64,000 nucleotides of DNA, taken from assembly GCA_965208835.1 (NCBI GenBank), contig OZ242358.1, forward strand, positions 4,320,001-4,384,000, given 5' to 3'. The notes beneath the pieces were generated by a model, which saw only the letters and a list, made by a program, of their open reading frames with translations, had not been told where the DNA came from and did not search any database. Position numbers and translations under genes: made by a program. Shown piece after piece: positions 1-10,121 of the stretch (positions are counted from its first letter, which is position 1; the number at the start of each line of letters is the position of its first letter). This stretch comes from Candidatus Latescibacterota bacterium (GTDB lineage Bacteria; Latescibacterota; UBA2968; GCA-2709665).

Positions 1-376
1 TGTCTTTCGAACCTACCAGACAGTGAACCTGATGAATGCCGAATTCGGTTCCATAACCCAGGGATGGTCGGGGGGCCTGGTTTCGCGGTACTGGACGCGG
101 CAGTTCATGTCGAATCTGATCTCCCGCCTGGAGACACTGCAGTTACAGGTTCGGGACATCCGGCCGGTCGATCACGAACTGCGGAGGATTCACGACCGGT
201 ACGAGCAGGGCCTGACCACCTTCCACGAGGCGTTTCTCGCCTTTGTCAACCAGATCGACTTCCCGACGACGGAGGGGATCGAAGGCGTGAACCTGCTCAT
301 ATTCAGAGGCAACAAACGCATGGATGAATTCCAGTTGATGTTGAGCAATCTTGCAGGACGGCAGATTCAGTTCTAG
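1..376 (+). CDS. hypothetical protein, 5'-truncated by the window edge
   Basis: The frame is open from position 2 (VFRTYQTVNL...) to TAG at 374-376; no family motif recognised. Confidence 0.6.
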   Translation, partial: VFRTYQTVNLMNAEFGSITQGWSGGLVSRYWTRQFMSNLISRLETLQLQVRDIRPVDHELRRIHDRYEQGLTTFHEAFLAFVNQIDFPTTEGIEGVNLLIFRGNKRMDEFQLMLSNLAGRQIQF

Positions 377-488
377 CACACACGAGACAAACGCAGTAGT
401 GATGCCCTGCCAGGGATGGGCAGCAGGGCCACCGGACCTCGATACGGACATAAATATAAAAAATATAAATACTTATGTGTAAACACGC

Positions 489-522
489 AAAGAAGGGTCC
501 TTAAGGATCCTTCTTTATTTTT
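489..522 (+). terminator. probable intrinsic terminator
   Basis: AAAGAAGGGTCC / GGATCCTTCTTT inverted repeat (one G-U pair) followed by a T-rich tract, downstream of the first CDS. Confidence 0.5.
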
Positions 523-750
523 GTTCGTTGACGATCCTCGAAACCCTCATATATCTTCCGAAGGGATACCGAAGCGTTTTCGTTTTTTTGAACCCGTACC
601 CTGCAACATGTGTCTTAGGTTAACGAATGGGTAAATGCCTGATCCCGCGGCCTGCAACGCGGCTTTTTTGTCAATCAAGTCTTGTATCTTAACGTTCATT
701 ACAGCCGAGATCCGAAGGGTTCAGTTCGCGGGGCCCAGGGAGAAATTTGA

Positions 751-2790
751 ATGATTCGGCTCACGGTATCGATTTGCCTCCTGGCGTTGTGCGCTCCCGC
801 CGTTGAGGCCGGACGGTCCGATCCTGCGAAGGTAGACTCGCTGCTGAATGCCGCGGCGGATACGCTGCTTGACCGCGACCGTCGCGAAGCCCTGATGAAG
901 CGTGCGCTCAGACATGACCGGTCCGGCAGAACAATGCACGCGTTGGCGCGGTTTTACATGGCGCAGGGCACGCCGGTTTCCCGCCAGACTGCCGGCCACT
1001 GGCTGCTGCGCGCCGTGATGCGTGAGCGCGAGAACCCTGACTATCGGGCAACCCATGCTGAGCTGTTATGGCGGACGTTGCAGCGTCCAGACTCCTACAG
1101 AAAGGCGCTCCAGGTTCTGGAACTGGATCCGGACCATGTAGCGGGCCTCTTCTGGGCAGGGCGTTTCGCGGTCTGGGCCTGGGAGATGACCTATTTTACG
1201 GACAGGCTCGATGACGACACTGAAGCGGCAATCGGTATGTATTCAATCCGGGGCGGCAAGACACTGACGTTCGTCGAATATCCTGACCTCACAATCGAGA
1301 GTGGAATCGGCTACCTCACCCGCGCCATCAGCCTGGACCCCGTCCACTGGCCTTCTCACCAGTACCTTGGGTTGTCTTACTACGCGGCCGATATGCCCGG
1401 ACCCCTGATCGAGCTCTTCGAGGCCTATCGACAGCGACGTCCCGAGAATTGGAACGCCCACTTTTTCGCGGGCCTGGGCTATCAGATGAAGGGCGACCTG
1501 GAGAGGGCCTATCGTTCCTATTTGGACGGCCTGGACCGGATGTCCGAAACGGCCCGCAGGTTCATGCAGTCGGTCTTCCTGATCCGGAACCCTGTGGAAG
1601 AGAAACGGGCTGAGCCACTCCCGAGCGACGAGGAAATACGCAAGTTCTGGCTGGGAAAGGACCCGATCTACCTGACATCGGTCAACGAACGCCTGCTGGA
1701 ACAGTGCCGGCGCGTGGCCTACGCAAACCTGCGGTTCTCCGATCCCACACTCGGTCGGGAAGGCTGGCAGACCGACAGGGGGCAGATCTACATCCGGTAC
1801 GGCGACCCGAACCTCCGGTACATGGATGGCCCCGGCAGGGGCCGGAAGGAAGTCTGGGACTACGGCCCGTTTACAGTAATATTCGTCCCTACGGTTACCT
1901 GGGACTCCTGGCGGTTCGTAACGGCCAGGCTTGGAAAAAAACGCCTGGAACTCGAACAACTTGTGGACGCGGTACCCGACCTCTATGAACATCCGCTGCA
2001 GTATGATGCCCCAAACCAGACGGCGCAGTTCCGGCATGACGACGGTAATACGCGCATTGAGGTGTATTACGCGCTTCCGGAAGAAAACTTGCGGCATACT
2101 GTGTCGGGGGAAGATGGAAACGCCGGAGTGGACGCCATGCAAGCGCTTTTTCTCTTCGACTCCGATTGGGATACCGTCCGGCACGGTGTCGTAAAGCTGG
2201 AGCGGATGCCGCGGGTCGTCTACGAATCCACGGAAGAGGCATTCCTGCTGGCCGGGGAACGCATGGTCCTTGACCCGGGAATGTATTTTCTTGCCGGTGA
2301 AGTCGAAGACCGGACGACGAAGCGGATAGGTACGGTACGGGAGCAGCTGCGAGTAAGGTCCTTCGGGCCGGACACGCTTGAGATCAGCGACCTGTTGATG
2401 GCGCGGCGCATTCGAAAGCGTGAGGACGTGCCGTACGGACGGGAGCAATTCGCGGTACTCCCGAATCCGCTGCAGGTGTGCCGCACGGAGGGGCAGGCCT
2501 GGTTCTATTTCGAAATCTACAATCTCTCGCGTGACGAATTTGGCGCCACGAACTACCGCATAAGCTATCAGACGCAGTCGCTGCGGGAGGGGGGAGGTGA
2601 CGGCTCCCCGGCCGGCTGGACGACGGCCGTTTCATACACGTACCGGGGCACACGGGATTGGGAGCCGCGCGATCTCCGCGTGGATATGGACGGTGCTTCG
2701 CCGGGGCCGAGGGCGTTTCGAGTTGTGGCGGAGGACCTGCACACCGGTCGACAGGCGATGGCGGAAACACGTTTCCGGGTGAGATGGTAA
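751..2790 (+). CDS. GWxTD domain-containing exported protein with TPR-like repeats
   Basis: N-terminal signal peptide, helical TPR-like region, signature GWQTDRGQIYIRYGDP, beta-rich C-terminus. Confidence 0.85.
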   Translation: MIRLTVSICLLALCAPAVEAGRSDPAKVDSLLNAAADTLLDRDRREALMKRALRHDRSGRTMHALARFYMAQGTPVSRQTAGHWLLRAVMRERENPDYRATHAELLWRTLQRPDSYRKALQVLELDPDHVAGLFWAGRFAVWAWEMTYFTDRLDDDTEAAIGMYSIRGGKTLTFVEYPDLTIESGIGYLTRAISLDPVHWPSHQYLGLSYYAADMPGPLIELFEAYRQRRPENWNAHFFAGLGYQMKGDLERAYRSYLDGLDRMSETARRFMQSVFLIRNPVEEKRAEPLPSDEEIRKFWLGKDPIYLTSVNERLLEQCRRVAYANLRFSDPTLGREGWQTDRGQIYIRYGDPNLRYMDGPGRGRKEVWDYGPFTVIFVPTVTWDSWRFVTARLGKKRLELEQLVDAVPDLYEHPLQYDAPNQTAQFRHDDGNTRIEVYYALPEENLRHTVSGEDGNAGVDAMQALFLFDSDWDTVRHGVVKLERMPRVVYESTEEAFLLAGERMVLDPGMYFLAGEVEDRTTKRIGTVREQLRVRSFGPDTLEISDLLMARRIRKREDVPYGREQFAVLPNPLQVCRTEGQAWFYFEIYNLSRDEFGATNYRISYQTQSLREGGGDGSPAGWTTAVSYTYRGTRDWEPRDLRVDMDGASPGPRAFRVVAEDLHTGRQAMAETRFRVRW

Positions 2791-2818
2791 TTTGAAATTC
2801 TTGTACTTCTCTCGCCGA

Positions 2819-2867
2819 CCCCTTCGACAACCCTTCGGCGGGCTCAGGACAACGGCTCAGGGAGCGG
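2819..2867. repeat. nested REP-like element (CCCTTCGACA...GCTCAGG type)
   Basis: cccttcgacaa-cccttcggcgggctcaggac-aacggctcaggg: one unit nested in another; degenerate relatives near 25056-25093 and 34928-34975. Confidence 0.5.
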
Positions 2868-2897
2868 CTCGGGCCGCGTGCCGGGACCACGCATACT

Positions 2898-2932
2898 AAA
2901 GAGGGCCAAAGCATTAGCCTCGGCCCTCTTTT
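2898..2932. terminator. bidirectional intrinsic terminator between convergent genes
   Basis: AAAGAGGGCC (2898-2907) / GGCCCTCTTT (2922-2931) stem with A/T tails. Confidence 0.65.
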
Positions 2933-2970
2933 CCTATTGCGGTGTAATTTGACGTTATTGCCGCGCCGCT

Positions 2971-5373
2971 CTACTCCAGGACGACGATTTCCCCTGGCGG
3001 GATCACCGTTTCACCGCCTTCGTGTGCGACCCGTGCAGGGGCGGCCCCCGTATTCCTCGCCCAGACTGCCCCGGAATCCGCCGCGTTGATTTCCAGCGCG
3101 CCGTCCGTGACCACGTTCAGGATCGCTTCCTGCAGACGGGCTTCGCCCGCCCCGAGGTTTCGCTCGAAGGCGACATTGTCTTCGTCGATTCGGGTAACGC
3201 CTGCGAAAACAGGAATTTCGCTGAGTCTTGAACGATTCGCCCTGAAGGTCAATGCGCCCTCCTTTTCACCAAAGTTCGCCACAGCCAGGTGATTGTCCGC
3301 GAGCAGGCCGATGGCGGACCGTCCCGTTTCCATGGTCACAAAGCCGATTTCGGCCGTTTTTCTGTGGCCGTGGTCCGGGGCGATGAGCGCCGTGAGTTCG
3401 GAAACGGTCCTTCCGTCGGCTACCTGGAACGGTTCGTCCACCCGGCTGAGGGTGAGGTCGTCTGCCACCGCGCGCCAGACCTGATAAAAGTGCCGATTGT
3501 GATAGACGGTCTTACCGGAACCCGCGTAGACGAAGCCCAGGCGGCCGTCGATGTTGACCCATTCCGGATGATCGTAGGTCTTGACGACGTCGCTGTCCGG
3601 ATCCGTGGTGACGTAGCTCCTGTAGCGATCGGAGCCGTCCGGCGTGTGGACGGTCCGGAACCCGTTGCAGTTTCCTTTCAGGGCGTTGAAATCTTCATTG
3701 ACGATGCGCAGGAAGCCCTGGTCGACACTCTGAACGGTAATCGCCTCATTGGCCGTGAGCCGTTCGTACGAGAGGGAGATTCCCGAGGGCAGACCGGCGA
3801 AGAGTACTTCCTGTCGAACCGAGCGCTGTGCGCGGTCCAGGATCATCGCGGCGGCAAAGCCGTCCTGATGTTCGTCCACGCGAACCGAGACCAGGTCGTG
3901 GCTGTCGGGCTTGTCCTCGACAACGATGCTGGCCAGAAACGAACCCGACGCCGGCGCGACGGTATAGAGTCCGTCCTTGTTCAGCGGAAGCGCCATGATG
4001 TCGTTTCGCCATGAGAGCGAGGTCTGACCGGCGCGATGTCTCTGGAAGGCGAATCCGGAATGAGGATAGACCTTGACACCCCTCAGGTTGCGTTCGACGC
4101 GCGACGAGGACGCCGGGTCCGGACCGTCACCGAAGATCCGATGGAAGAAATAGGTGTGGGCGGGATTGTCGATGTTATGTTCTCGAATGATCAACGGATC
4201 CTGGGGCCCATGCACGATCTCGGCGATCTGACGGTCGTGCATTCGGCCGCCGGCGCTCTCGGCGCGCTGTTCCAGGGTCTCGAGCCCCTGGCGCTCGAAA
4301 TACGCCGCCTCCGGGTCGTCCAGGTAATACGCGGCCGTCGCATGGGTGAGCGTGCCCGGGTCAGGCGGGAGATAGGGCCAGTCCATGCCCTGCACGGGAT
4401 GCATCGAGCCCGTCCGGTCTGTCGTTCGTTTGAGCTCGTCGTAAATCTCCCTCCGGTTGAACAGGGCATGGTCCGGTATCTTTGCGCCGAACGTCCCGTA
4501 GATGATGCCGAGCCGGCCGGTGAACATGACAGAACTGCCGGTGTAGCTGGGATGCACCATGCCGTGGTTTTCGGCCATATAATCCGGCAGCGCGGTGAAC
4601 GTCTGGCCGGTGAGTTCCCGTACGGTCCGACCGTCTGAAAACGGCGCGTGGTTTTTCGTGTCCTGCTGGGTTGTGGTTGTGGAAAACATCCAGCGGCGGG
4701 CTGTTTCGGCCCAGGAATCGACGTGCGGCGAGTTGCTCAGGAAACACTCAACCGACGCCAGACCGCACGATGTCCAGCCGTTCTCCTCCATCTGCGTGTT
4801 GGTGTAGACGCCGCTCTTCGGCGCCATGGCCCCGAACCGTCCGGCATAGTCTTCGTGCATGCGGGCGATCATGGTCCACGTCTCGTCGTCCATAATATTT
4901 CCCAGCAGGAGGGCGGTCAGGCCAACGTCGGAGAGATTCGTTCCGCACTGGCTCTCGGGGAAGAAGCCGCGGCCGCGTTCGCCCCATTTGGTGCCCCAGG
5001 TCCTGGGGTTGCCGAGGCTCTTCTCGGGGCGGATACAGTCCGCGGGGCCCGTGTCGTGGGTATAGCAGAGGTAGCGGATCCCCTTCAGCGCGATCTCCCG
5101 AAGCTCCTTTTTGGAGCATCCGGTGCGTTTCGCATCGTATTCAGGGGAATTGGCGAGCACGGCAAAGACAAAAGCCGGTCCGACCGTGTCGCTGCCGTAC
5201 CAGTGGGCCCCGCCGAAAAAGTGACCGCAGTTGGGCCGCTCCGGCCAGTCTTCGAAATAGCTGAGGCCAACCGGCACCCAGTTCTCCAGGATGCGCTTGT
5301 ATCGCCTGCTCAAAGGGGTTTCCCTCGCCGGCACGGAAGACCGGCGACGGTCAGTCACAATATCGGGGCGCAT
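2971..5373 (-). CDS. large hypothetical protein, possibly a polysaccharide-lyase-like enzyme
   Basis: 800-aa ORF with AAGGAG RBS; helical N-half with ENHG..HPSY and DWPY motifs, beta-rich C-half; function is inference only. Confidence 0.6.
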   Translation of the reverse strand: MRPDIVTDRRRSSVPARETPLSRRYKRILENWVPVGLSYFEDWPERPNCGHFFGGAHWYGSDTVGPAFVFAVLANSPEYDAKRTGCSKKELREIALKGIRYLCYTHDTGPADCIRPEKSLGNPRTWGTKWGERGRGFFPESQCGTNLSDVGLTALLLGNIMDDETWTMIARMHEDYAGRFGAMAPKSGVYTNTQMEENGWTSCGLASVECFLSNSPHVDSWAETARRWMFSTTTTQQDTKNHAPFSDGRTVRELTGQTFTALPDYMAENHGMVHPSYTGSSVMFTGRLGIIYGTFGAKIPDHALFNRREIYDELKRTTDRTGSMHPVQGMDWPYLPPDPGTLTHATAAYYLDDPEAAYFERQGLETLEQRAESAGGRMHDRQIAEIVHGPQDPLIIREHNIDNPAHTYFFHRIFGDGPDPASSSRVERNLRGVKVYPHSGFAFQRHRAGQTSLSWRNDIMALPLNKDGLYTVAPASGSFLASIVVEDKPDSHDLVSVRVDEHQDGFAAAMILDRAQRSVRQEVLFAGLPSGISLSYERLTANEAITVQSVDQGFLRIVNEDFNALKGNCNGFRTVHTPDGSDRYRSYVTTDPDSDVVKTYDHPEWVNIDGRLGFVYAGSGKTVYHNRHFYQVWRAVADDLTLSRVDEPFQVADGRTVSELTALIAPDHGHRKTAEIGFVTMETGRSAIGLLADNHLAVANFGEKEGALTFRANRSRLSEIPVFAGVTRIDEDNVAFERNLGAGEARLQEAILNVVTDGALEINAADSGAVWARNTGAAPARVAHEGGETVIPPGEIVVLE

Positions 5374-5481
5374 GGTGTCTCCTTATTGGTTTTAGCGGCT
5401 AAGAAAGGTGAATTTCAGCGCGGTGTCCTGTTTCCGGCAGCGTTTCCTTCCAGAAGTACCGTTTTCAATCTCCGCTCAGGT

Positions 5482-5895
5482 TCAGCGGCTCCGACCGAAG
5501 ATCTTGTCGAATATGGACCTCCGTGAAAGCCGTTCGACTTCGACCCGCGTGCTGCGGATCTCGGACGAGAGTTCTTCCACAACTCCCAGCCTTTCGGTTA
5601 TACCGTTGAGCTGCTGCTCGACTTTGATGAGCTTTTCGCCGATCAATGCCGGATCGGTAGCCTGCAAAAGCTCAACGGCCCTCCGGAATTCAACGAGGAC
5701 GCTATTTAGCGATTCAACTGCGGCCCCGGCCACCGACGCGAGATCCGAGACGTTCGCATTGGCTTCGCCGAGTCCTGTTCCCGCTCTCGCCAGTGATTGC
5801 TGGAGCTCATCGAATTGTTCCAGCCGACGGACCACTTCCGCGGCGCGTCGTTCCGTTTCACCAAGCCGTTCCTGTAGTTCTTCCAATATATCCAT
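5482..5895 (-). CDS. small coiled-coil protein, translationally coupled to the RecQ fusion
   Basis: 137 aa with heptad Leu/Glu pattern; ATG directly follows the RecQ stop; amphipathic C-terminus SIFDKIFGRSR. Confidence 0.7.
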   Translation of the reverse strand: MDILEELQERLGETERRAAEVVRRLEQFDELQQSLARAGTGLGEANANVSDLASVAGAAVESLNSVLVEFRRAVELLQATDPALIGEKLIKVEQQLNGITERLGVVEELSSEIRSTRVEVERLSRRSIFDKIFGRSR

Positions 5896-8800
5896 CTACG
5901 CTCCCAATGCCTCTGCCAGACCGGGCGTCTCATATTGCCGGACTACTCGATCGGACACGATTTTCAATCGATCGAAAACGTCGCGAATGTTCCACGTCGC
6001 GATTACCGCACTGACGCGAGGATCATCGAGTTCAACCGCCCGCTGAATCGCCTTTTCCGCCACGCATGCGTAGTCCGGCGACGCGTCGACGAAATCGAGC
6101 AGCGCGACGGTAAGCGGCGGGCCTAGATCAACAGCGCGGGTTGAGGCCAAGTCGTACATCTCGTCGATTGAGGCCTCGATATCCGTCCACCCAATCCCGT
6201 ATTTCTCGACGCCGGACCGTATCGCGGCGCTGATGCCCCTAGCGCTCACGGTTCCATCATGATCCATGCACATGGCCTCCGAAAGCGCGCGGGTCATCAG
6301 AAGCCCCGGATGATCGGGATATGTCTCAAGCGCGCGAATGCACAGTCCGCGAAGCTCACCCGCATCCATCATCGACTGCACTTTGGAAACAAGATCCCAC
6401 CAGGCGGCCAACTCGACGTCCTCGTTCAGAAGTAGTCCTTCGATGTGCTCGGCGCCAAAGCCTTCCTGAAGGTAGTCCAGCAGTCGTATGCGAATCTCCG
6501 CGTCGTCCCTCGCCTGCCGGGCAAGGAGCAAGGCCTCGCGGATCATGCCCCGCCGCGAACGTTCGACAAGGTCATAAGTAAACTCGATCAGAATCGTAGC
6601 AAGCGCAAGCGCCGCATCACGCGCCTGCACGGTGTCGATCTTGTTTACCTTGCGAACAAGCGACTTGATCCGTCCCGGCTGCGCGGCGCGAACGAATTCA
6701 AGCAGACTGTCCTTGCATCGATCGAAATCGAACGCGTCTACGTGAAGTACAAACCTGCGGGAACCGAACTCGACTTCATAGTCGTCGATCACGCCAAGTC
6801 TCAGTAGCCGGTAGATTGCCTTCTCAGCTCTGATGCGGTCATCGCCGTCTTCAAAGGGTCGTTCGATGCGTTGCCTGGAAGCGAGATCGCCCAGCGCATT
6901 CAACAGATCAGTCACATCAACGATTTCACGCGCTGCACCGCCGAATGACTGCAGGTGAAACCATAATGCCCGGGTAAGGTCATCCGCCGTTCGGGTACTT
7001 CCACTGATCACCTCGAACTTTTCGCGAAGTACTTCGAGATCGAGTTCGGGATCGATCAACTCTGAGGAGCGACCCGGGTCATATTCCGAAAACACGATTG
7101 TCGCGCGCGCGGTTTTTTGGTCTCGCCCGGCACGGCCAGCTTCCTGATAGAAGCTCTCAAGCGACATTGGCATTCCAAAATGCACAGTATATCGGATATT
7201 CGATTTGTCGATCCCCATTCCGAAAGCCTTGGTCGCGACAAGCACGGGCACTCGATTGGATTTAAAGTCGGCAGCATTTGCACGTTTTCGTGTGTCCCAC
7301 TTGTCGGCGTCCACAGACGAAGGAGGGCTGCCTGAATAGATGGTGACGTCCGCGCCCGTCGCGTGCTGCACCACACTTCGCACATCCTGCACCCCGTAGA
7401 TACGGGCGTTAACCGTTGGAACGAATACAATACCTGATGCGGTATCGGCTCCCGACGACCGAAAGAACTCCGTCCTCGGCAATCCGAATCTTCCAGGCAG
7501 CGCGTTCAGTACGCCGCGCAAGGCCGCTGACGGGTCTTCGACCGGCGAGGTGCGCACGATATCAAAGCGGATTTCAGAACGGTCAAACGAATCCGGACGG
7601 ATCAATGAATCCGAGCGATTCTTGTCGATGCCGAGGTCCAGAAGCATGTCCCGCAGGACGGCGCGCGAGGCAGTTCCTGTAAGCGCAAGGAGCGGTGGCG
7701 GATTGGATTCGCCATCTACCCCGAGCCTTCTCAGATTGTTCGCGAGGTTCAGGTACGCGGGCCTGAAGTCGTGGCCCCATTCCGATACGCAGTGCGCTTC
7801 GTCGATGACGGCCAAATTGACGAGCGTACTCTCCACCAGTGCGCGGAGCGCCGTCCGAAATCGCGGAGACTGCAATCGTTCGGGCGCGTGAAGCACAAAC
7901 AGGTACTCGCCTCGCTCGACCCGACGAAGCAGGCTTGCGCGCTCTTCCCTGCCCGCAAGGTAGCTGGTAACCGAAGCCGCCCTGTCGATTCCGTACGACC
8001 GTAATCCCTCAACCTGGTCTTCTATCAATGCGGTTATCGGGTCGACCACCAGCGTCACACCGGGCATGAGCAGACCGGCGAGCTGGTAGATGATACTCTT
8101 ACCACCGCCAGTCTGGAGCAGCACAACGCTGTCGGTCTGTCGCAGCGCGTTTAAGATCGCCTGTCCCTGCATCGGGCGGAATTCTTTTTTTCGAAATATG
8201 TTGCGAAGGAACATCCTGAGCGGCACGCGAGCCTTTTCGTAGGTCGAGACTACCGCGGCCCGTCTGCGCACATCGAACGACTGCGCGGCAGCGATCAATG
8301 CGGGGACGTACACGGGGCGAACGACGAAATCCAGTTCCTCATGTGGAATGCTGTGATACGGACTGTATGCCGATTCGGCACTTATTCGCAGCGGTTCACC
8401 GTCGGTTCCGGTTTCAGCGGCCTTGACCCACTGACCACCCCCTTCGTGACTCCAGGCTCCGAAGAATCCGTCATCCGTGCGAACGGAACACTTGGTAGGG
8501 ACCGAACAACCGCCATACAGGACGTCGATGCCTGCGAGGAACCGAAGGACGTCCAGCACGCCCGGCACGGCCGGTGTTCCCGCACCTTGGATGTGAATCT
8601 CCCAACTTCCGTCAGGTGTCAGCCAGCCGTATTCCATGGCACGAGCGACCGTAAACTGGACCCTGGCCGCGTTCGCGCAGTCGAGGGCGAGCGACGCGAC
8701 AGCCCGCTCCAAGCCACTTATTTGGTCGAATGCCGTGAGGGCTTCCCGGCAGCGAACACGGATTTTGTCGAGCATATCGCCACGGCCATTGAGTACTTCC

Positions 8801-9756
8801 GTGTTGGTGACGCGCAGGACGTCAATACCGACTGAACCCAATGCTTCATCGCGTGCTTCGTCCACCGCGACCGAGTCATCGTGTTCGGGACCGTCGATCT
8901 CTATGGCGAATGGAGGAGCTCCTGGGTGGCAGAAGAGAAAGTCTACGCGACGGACGCCGTTCCCGTATCCGCCCGAAGACTCAACCAGTCGGTCCAGCGG
9001 GGCCTGCGGGGTAAACCAGTGACCAGCTGTTGACTCAAGCGCCGCAGGCACCCACTGATTGAGAAACCAGCTTTCTGCCTGGCTCTGCAGCAGTGATACG
9101 TCCGACCCGGGATCAAAGTCGAAAGCAGGGTCTAGAATGAAACGGGCTCTTTCGGCGATCCTCGAGAGTACGGTATCAGCCGTGCAACGTAGCGACGAGC
9201 TTGTCCGCGGCACCCATCCAACGTCGGTATCTTCCCTATTGGTAACGTCCTGCCGATCCAAAAAGCCGTGGGCACGTAGCGCCTCCCGTTCAACCTCCAG
9301 AGTCGCCGGAGGCGTTTGGCCACGGCGCAGCAACTTGAGAATCAGGCCGGCGGCAAAGCGGACGTACTCGTCCACATGCCCGCGCTCTCGGCTCCGACGC
9401 GAGAAAAGAACGCATTGACTGAGGGCCCTCGTCAAACGCGCGTCCTGTCCTAGCTGTTCCTTGAGGATTCCCGGGATTGCACCTACCGAAACGTACTCCG
9501 GGATGAAGTTCAGTCGACGTACGCCCTCGATCCAATCGACCGGAAGCAGATCATGTTTCGGCACAGGCGCTCGGCGTGAGGTTGCCGCCGGCTCCGAATT
9601 GTTAGCAAGACGACGCGTCCCCCGGCACCGGGGAAACTTTGTACAACCCCAGAACCGTTCACCCGGATTGCGGCCCTTCTTCGCCGTACGAAGGGCCATT
9701 GGCGCACCACAGGAGGGGCAGCTTGGCGATTGGGGTCGGGAGATCGATTTGTTCAT
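5896..9756 (-). CDS. RecQ-family helicase fused to a topoisomerase-type C4 zinc ribbon and a DUF559/Vsr-like endonuclease domain
   Basis: CPSCGAPM...FWGCTKFPRC; VDFLF..AIEIDGPEH..RDEAL..VLRVTN; TGGGKS, DEAH, ALTGTAS, ATKAFGMGIDK, YQEAGRAGRD. Start taken at ATG 9756 (TTG 9777 is an alternative). Confidence 0.85.
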   Translation of the reverse strand: MNKSISRPQSPSCPSCGAPMALRTAKKGRNPGERFWGCTKFPRCRGTRRLANNSEPAATSRRAPVPKHDLLPVDWIEGVRRLNFIPEYVSVGAIPGILKEQLGQDARLTRALSQCVLFSRRSRERGHVDEYVRFAAGLILKLLRRGQTPPATLEVEREALRAHGFLDRQDVTNREDTDVGWVPRTSSSLRCTADTVLSRIAERARFILDPAFDFDPGSDVSLLQSQAESWFLNQWVPAALESTAGHWFTPQAPLDRLVESSGGYGNGVRRVDFLFCHPGAPPFAIEIDGPEHDDSVAVDEARDEALGSVGIDVLRVTNTEVLNGRGDMLDKIRVRCREALTAFDQISGLERAVASLALDCANAARVQFTVARAMEYGWLTPDGSWEIHIQGAGTPAVPGVLDVLRFLAGIDVLYGGCSVPTKCSVRTDDGFFGAWSHEGGGQWVKAAETGTDGEPLRISAESAYSPYHSIPHEELDFVVRPVYVPALIAAAQSFDVRRRAAVVSTYEKARVPLRMFLRNIFRKKEFRPMQGQAILNALRQTDSVVLLQTGGGKSIIYQLAGLLMPGVTLVVDPITALIEDQVEGLRSYGIDRAASVTSYLAGREERASLLRRVERGEYLFVLHAPERLQSPRFRTALRALVESTLVNLAVIDEAHCVSEWGHDFRPAYLNLANNLRRLGVDGESNPPPLLALTGTASRAVLRDMLLDLGIDKNRSDSLIRPDSFDRSEIRFDIVRTSPVEDPSAALRGVLNALPGRFGLPRTEFFRSSGADTASGIVFVPTVNARIYGVQDVRSVVQHATGADVTIYSGSPPSSVDADKWDTRKRANAADFKSNRVPVLVATKAFGMGIDKSNIRYTVHFGMPMSLESFYQEAGRAGRDQKTARATIVFSEYDPGRSSELIDPELDLEVLREKFEVISGSTRTADDLTRALWFHLQSFGGAAREIVDVTDLLNALGDLASRQRIERPFEDGDDRIRAEKAIYRLLRLGVIDDYEVEFGSRRFVLHVDAFDFDRCKDSLLEFVRAAQPGRIKSLVRKVNKIDTVQARDAALALATILIEFTYDLVERSRRGMIREALLLARQARDDAEIRIRLLDYLQEGFGAEHIEGLLLNEDVELAAWWDLVSKVQSMMDAGELRGLCIRALETYPDHPGLLMTRALSEAMCMDHDGTVSARGISAAIRSGVEKYGIGWTDIEASIDEMYDLASTRAVDLGPPLTVALLDFVDASPDYACVAEKAIQRAVELDDPRVSAVIATWNIRDVFDRLKIVSDRVVRQYETPGLAEALGA

Positions 9757-9848
9757 TTCGAGTTCGTTCAACGCCAATCAATCCCGCGCAGACGAGAACG
9801 GGTTACAACAGAAATGGCTTAGCCATCTACTGGATGGATTTATCGGGC

Positions 9849-9885
9849 ATAATAAATGCCCCTCAGACTTTCTGTCAAGGGGCAT
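9849..9885 (-). promoter_or_regulatory. sigma70-type promoter with palindromic arms (copy 1), upstream of the RecQ fusion
   Basis: Minus strand TTGACA-N18-TATTAT inside ATGCCCCT...AGGGGCAT; 31/35 identical to 13014-13048. Confidence 0.65.
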
Positions 9886-9915
9886 AACACAGGTCGACTT
9901 TAACAGCGCGTCCGT

Positions 9916-9987
9916 CTACTCCACCGCAAACAGTCGGTTGCGCGCGGGGAGGCTGACGATCTTCGAATGGTGGTGGACCCTGAGATC
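9916..9987 (-). pseudogene. duplicated, diverged 3' end of the 13822-14562 gene
   Basis: 9916-9977 matches 13822-13883 at 56/62 nt; encodes DLRVHHHSKIVSLPARNRLFAVE* versus DLKIHHYSKIVSLPARNRVFAVE*. Confidence 0.85.
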
Positions 9988-10085
9988 CCTTCTACCGGGA
10001 TCACCGTTTCGAAATTCGGTCCACGAAACGAGCGTATCGAAGCGTTAGTCTTCCTGCCGGATGGACCAGACTAGATCGCAAGAGC

Positions 10086-10114
10086 GGTCAGCAACATATC
10101 ACTCGTTGCTGACC
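10086..10114. terminator. hairpin just downstream of the putative Abi gene
   Basis: Perfect 10-bp inverted repeat GGTCAGCAAC / GTTGCTGACC; no clear U-tract. Confidence 0.4.
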
Positions 10115-10121
10115 ATGGAAT

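Noticed and set aside
10040-10120. Integron attC site after the Abi gene
   Set aside because: No proper RYYYAAC...GTTRRRY ends and no intI; treated as a plain hairpin
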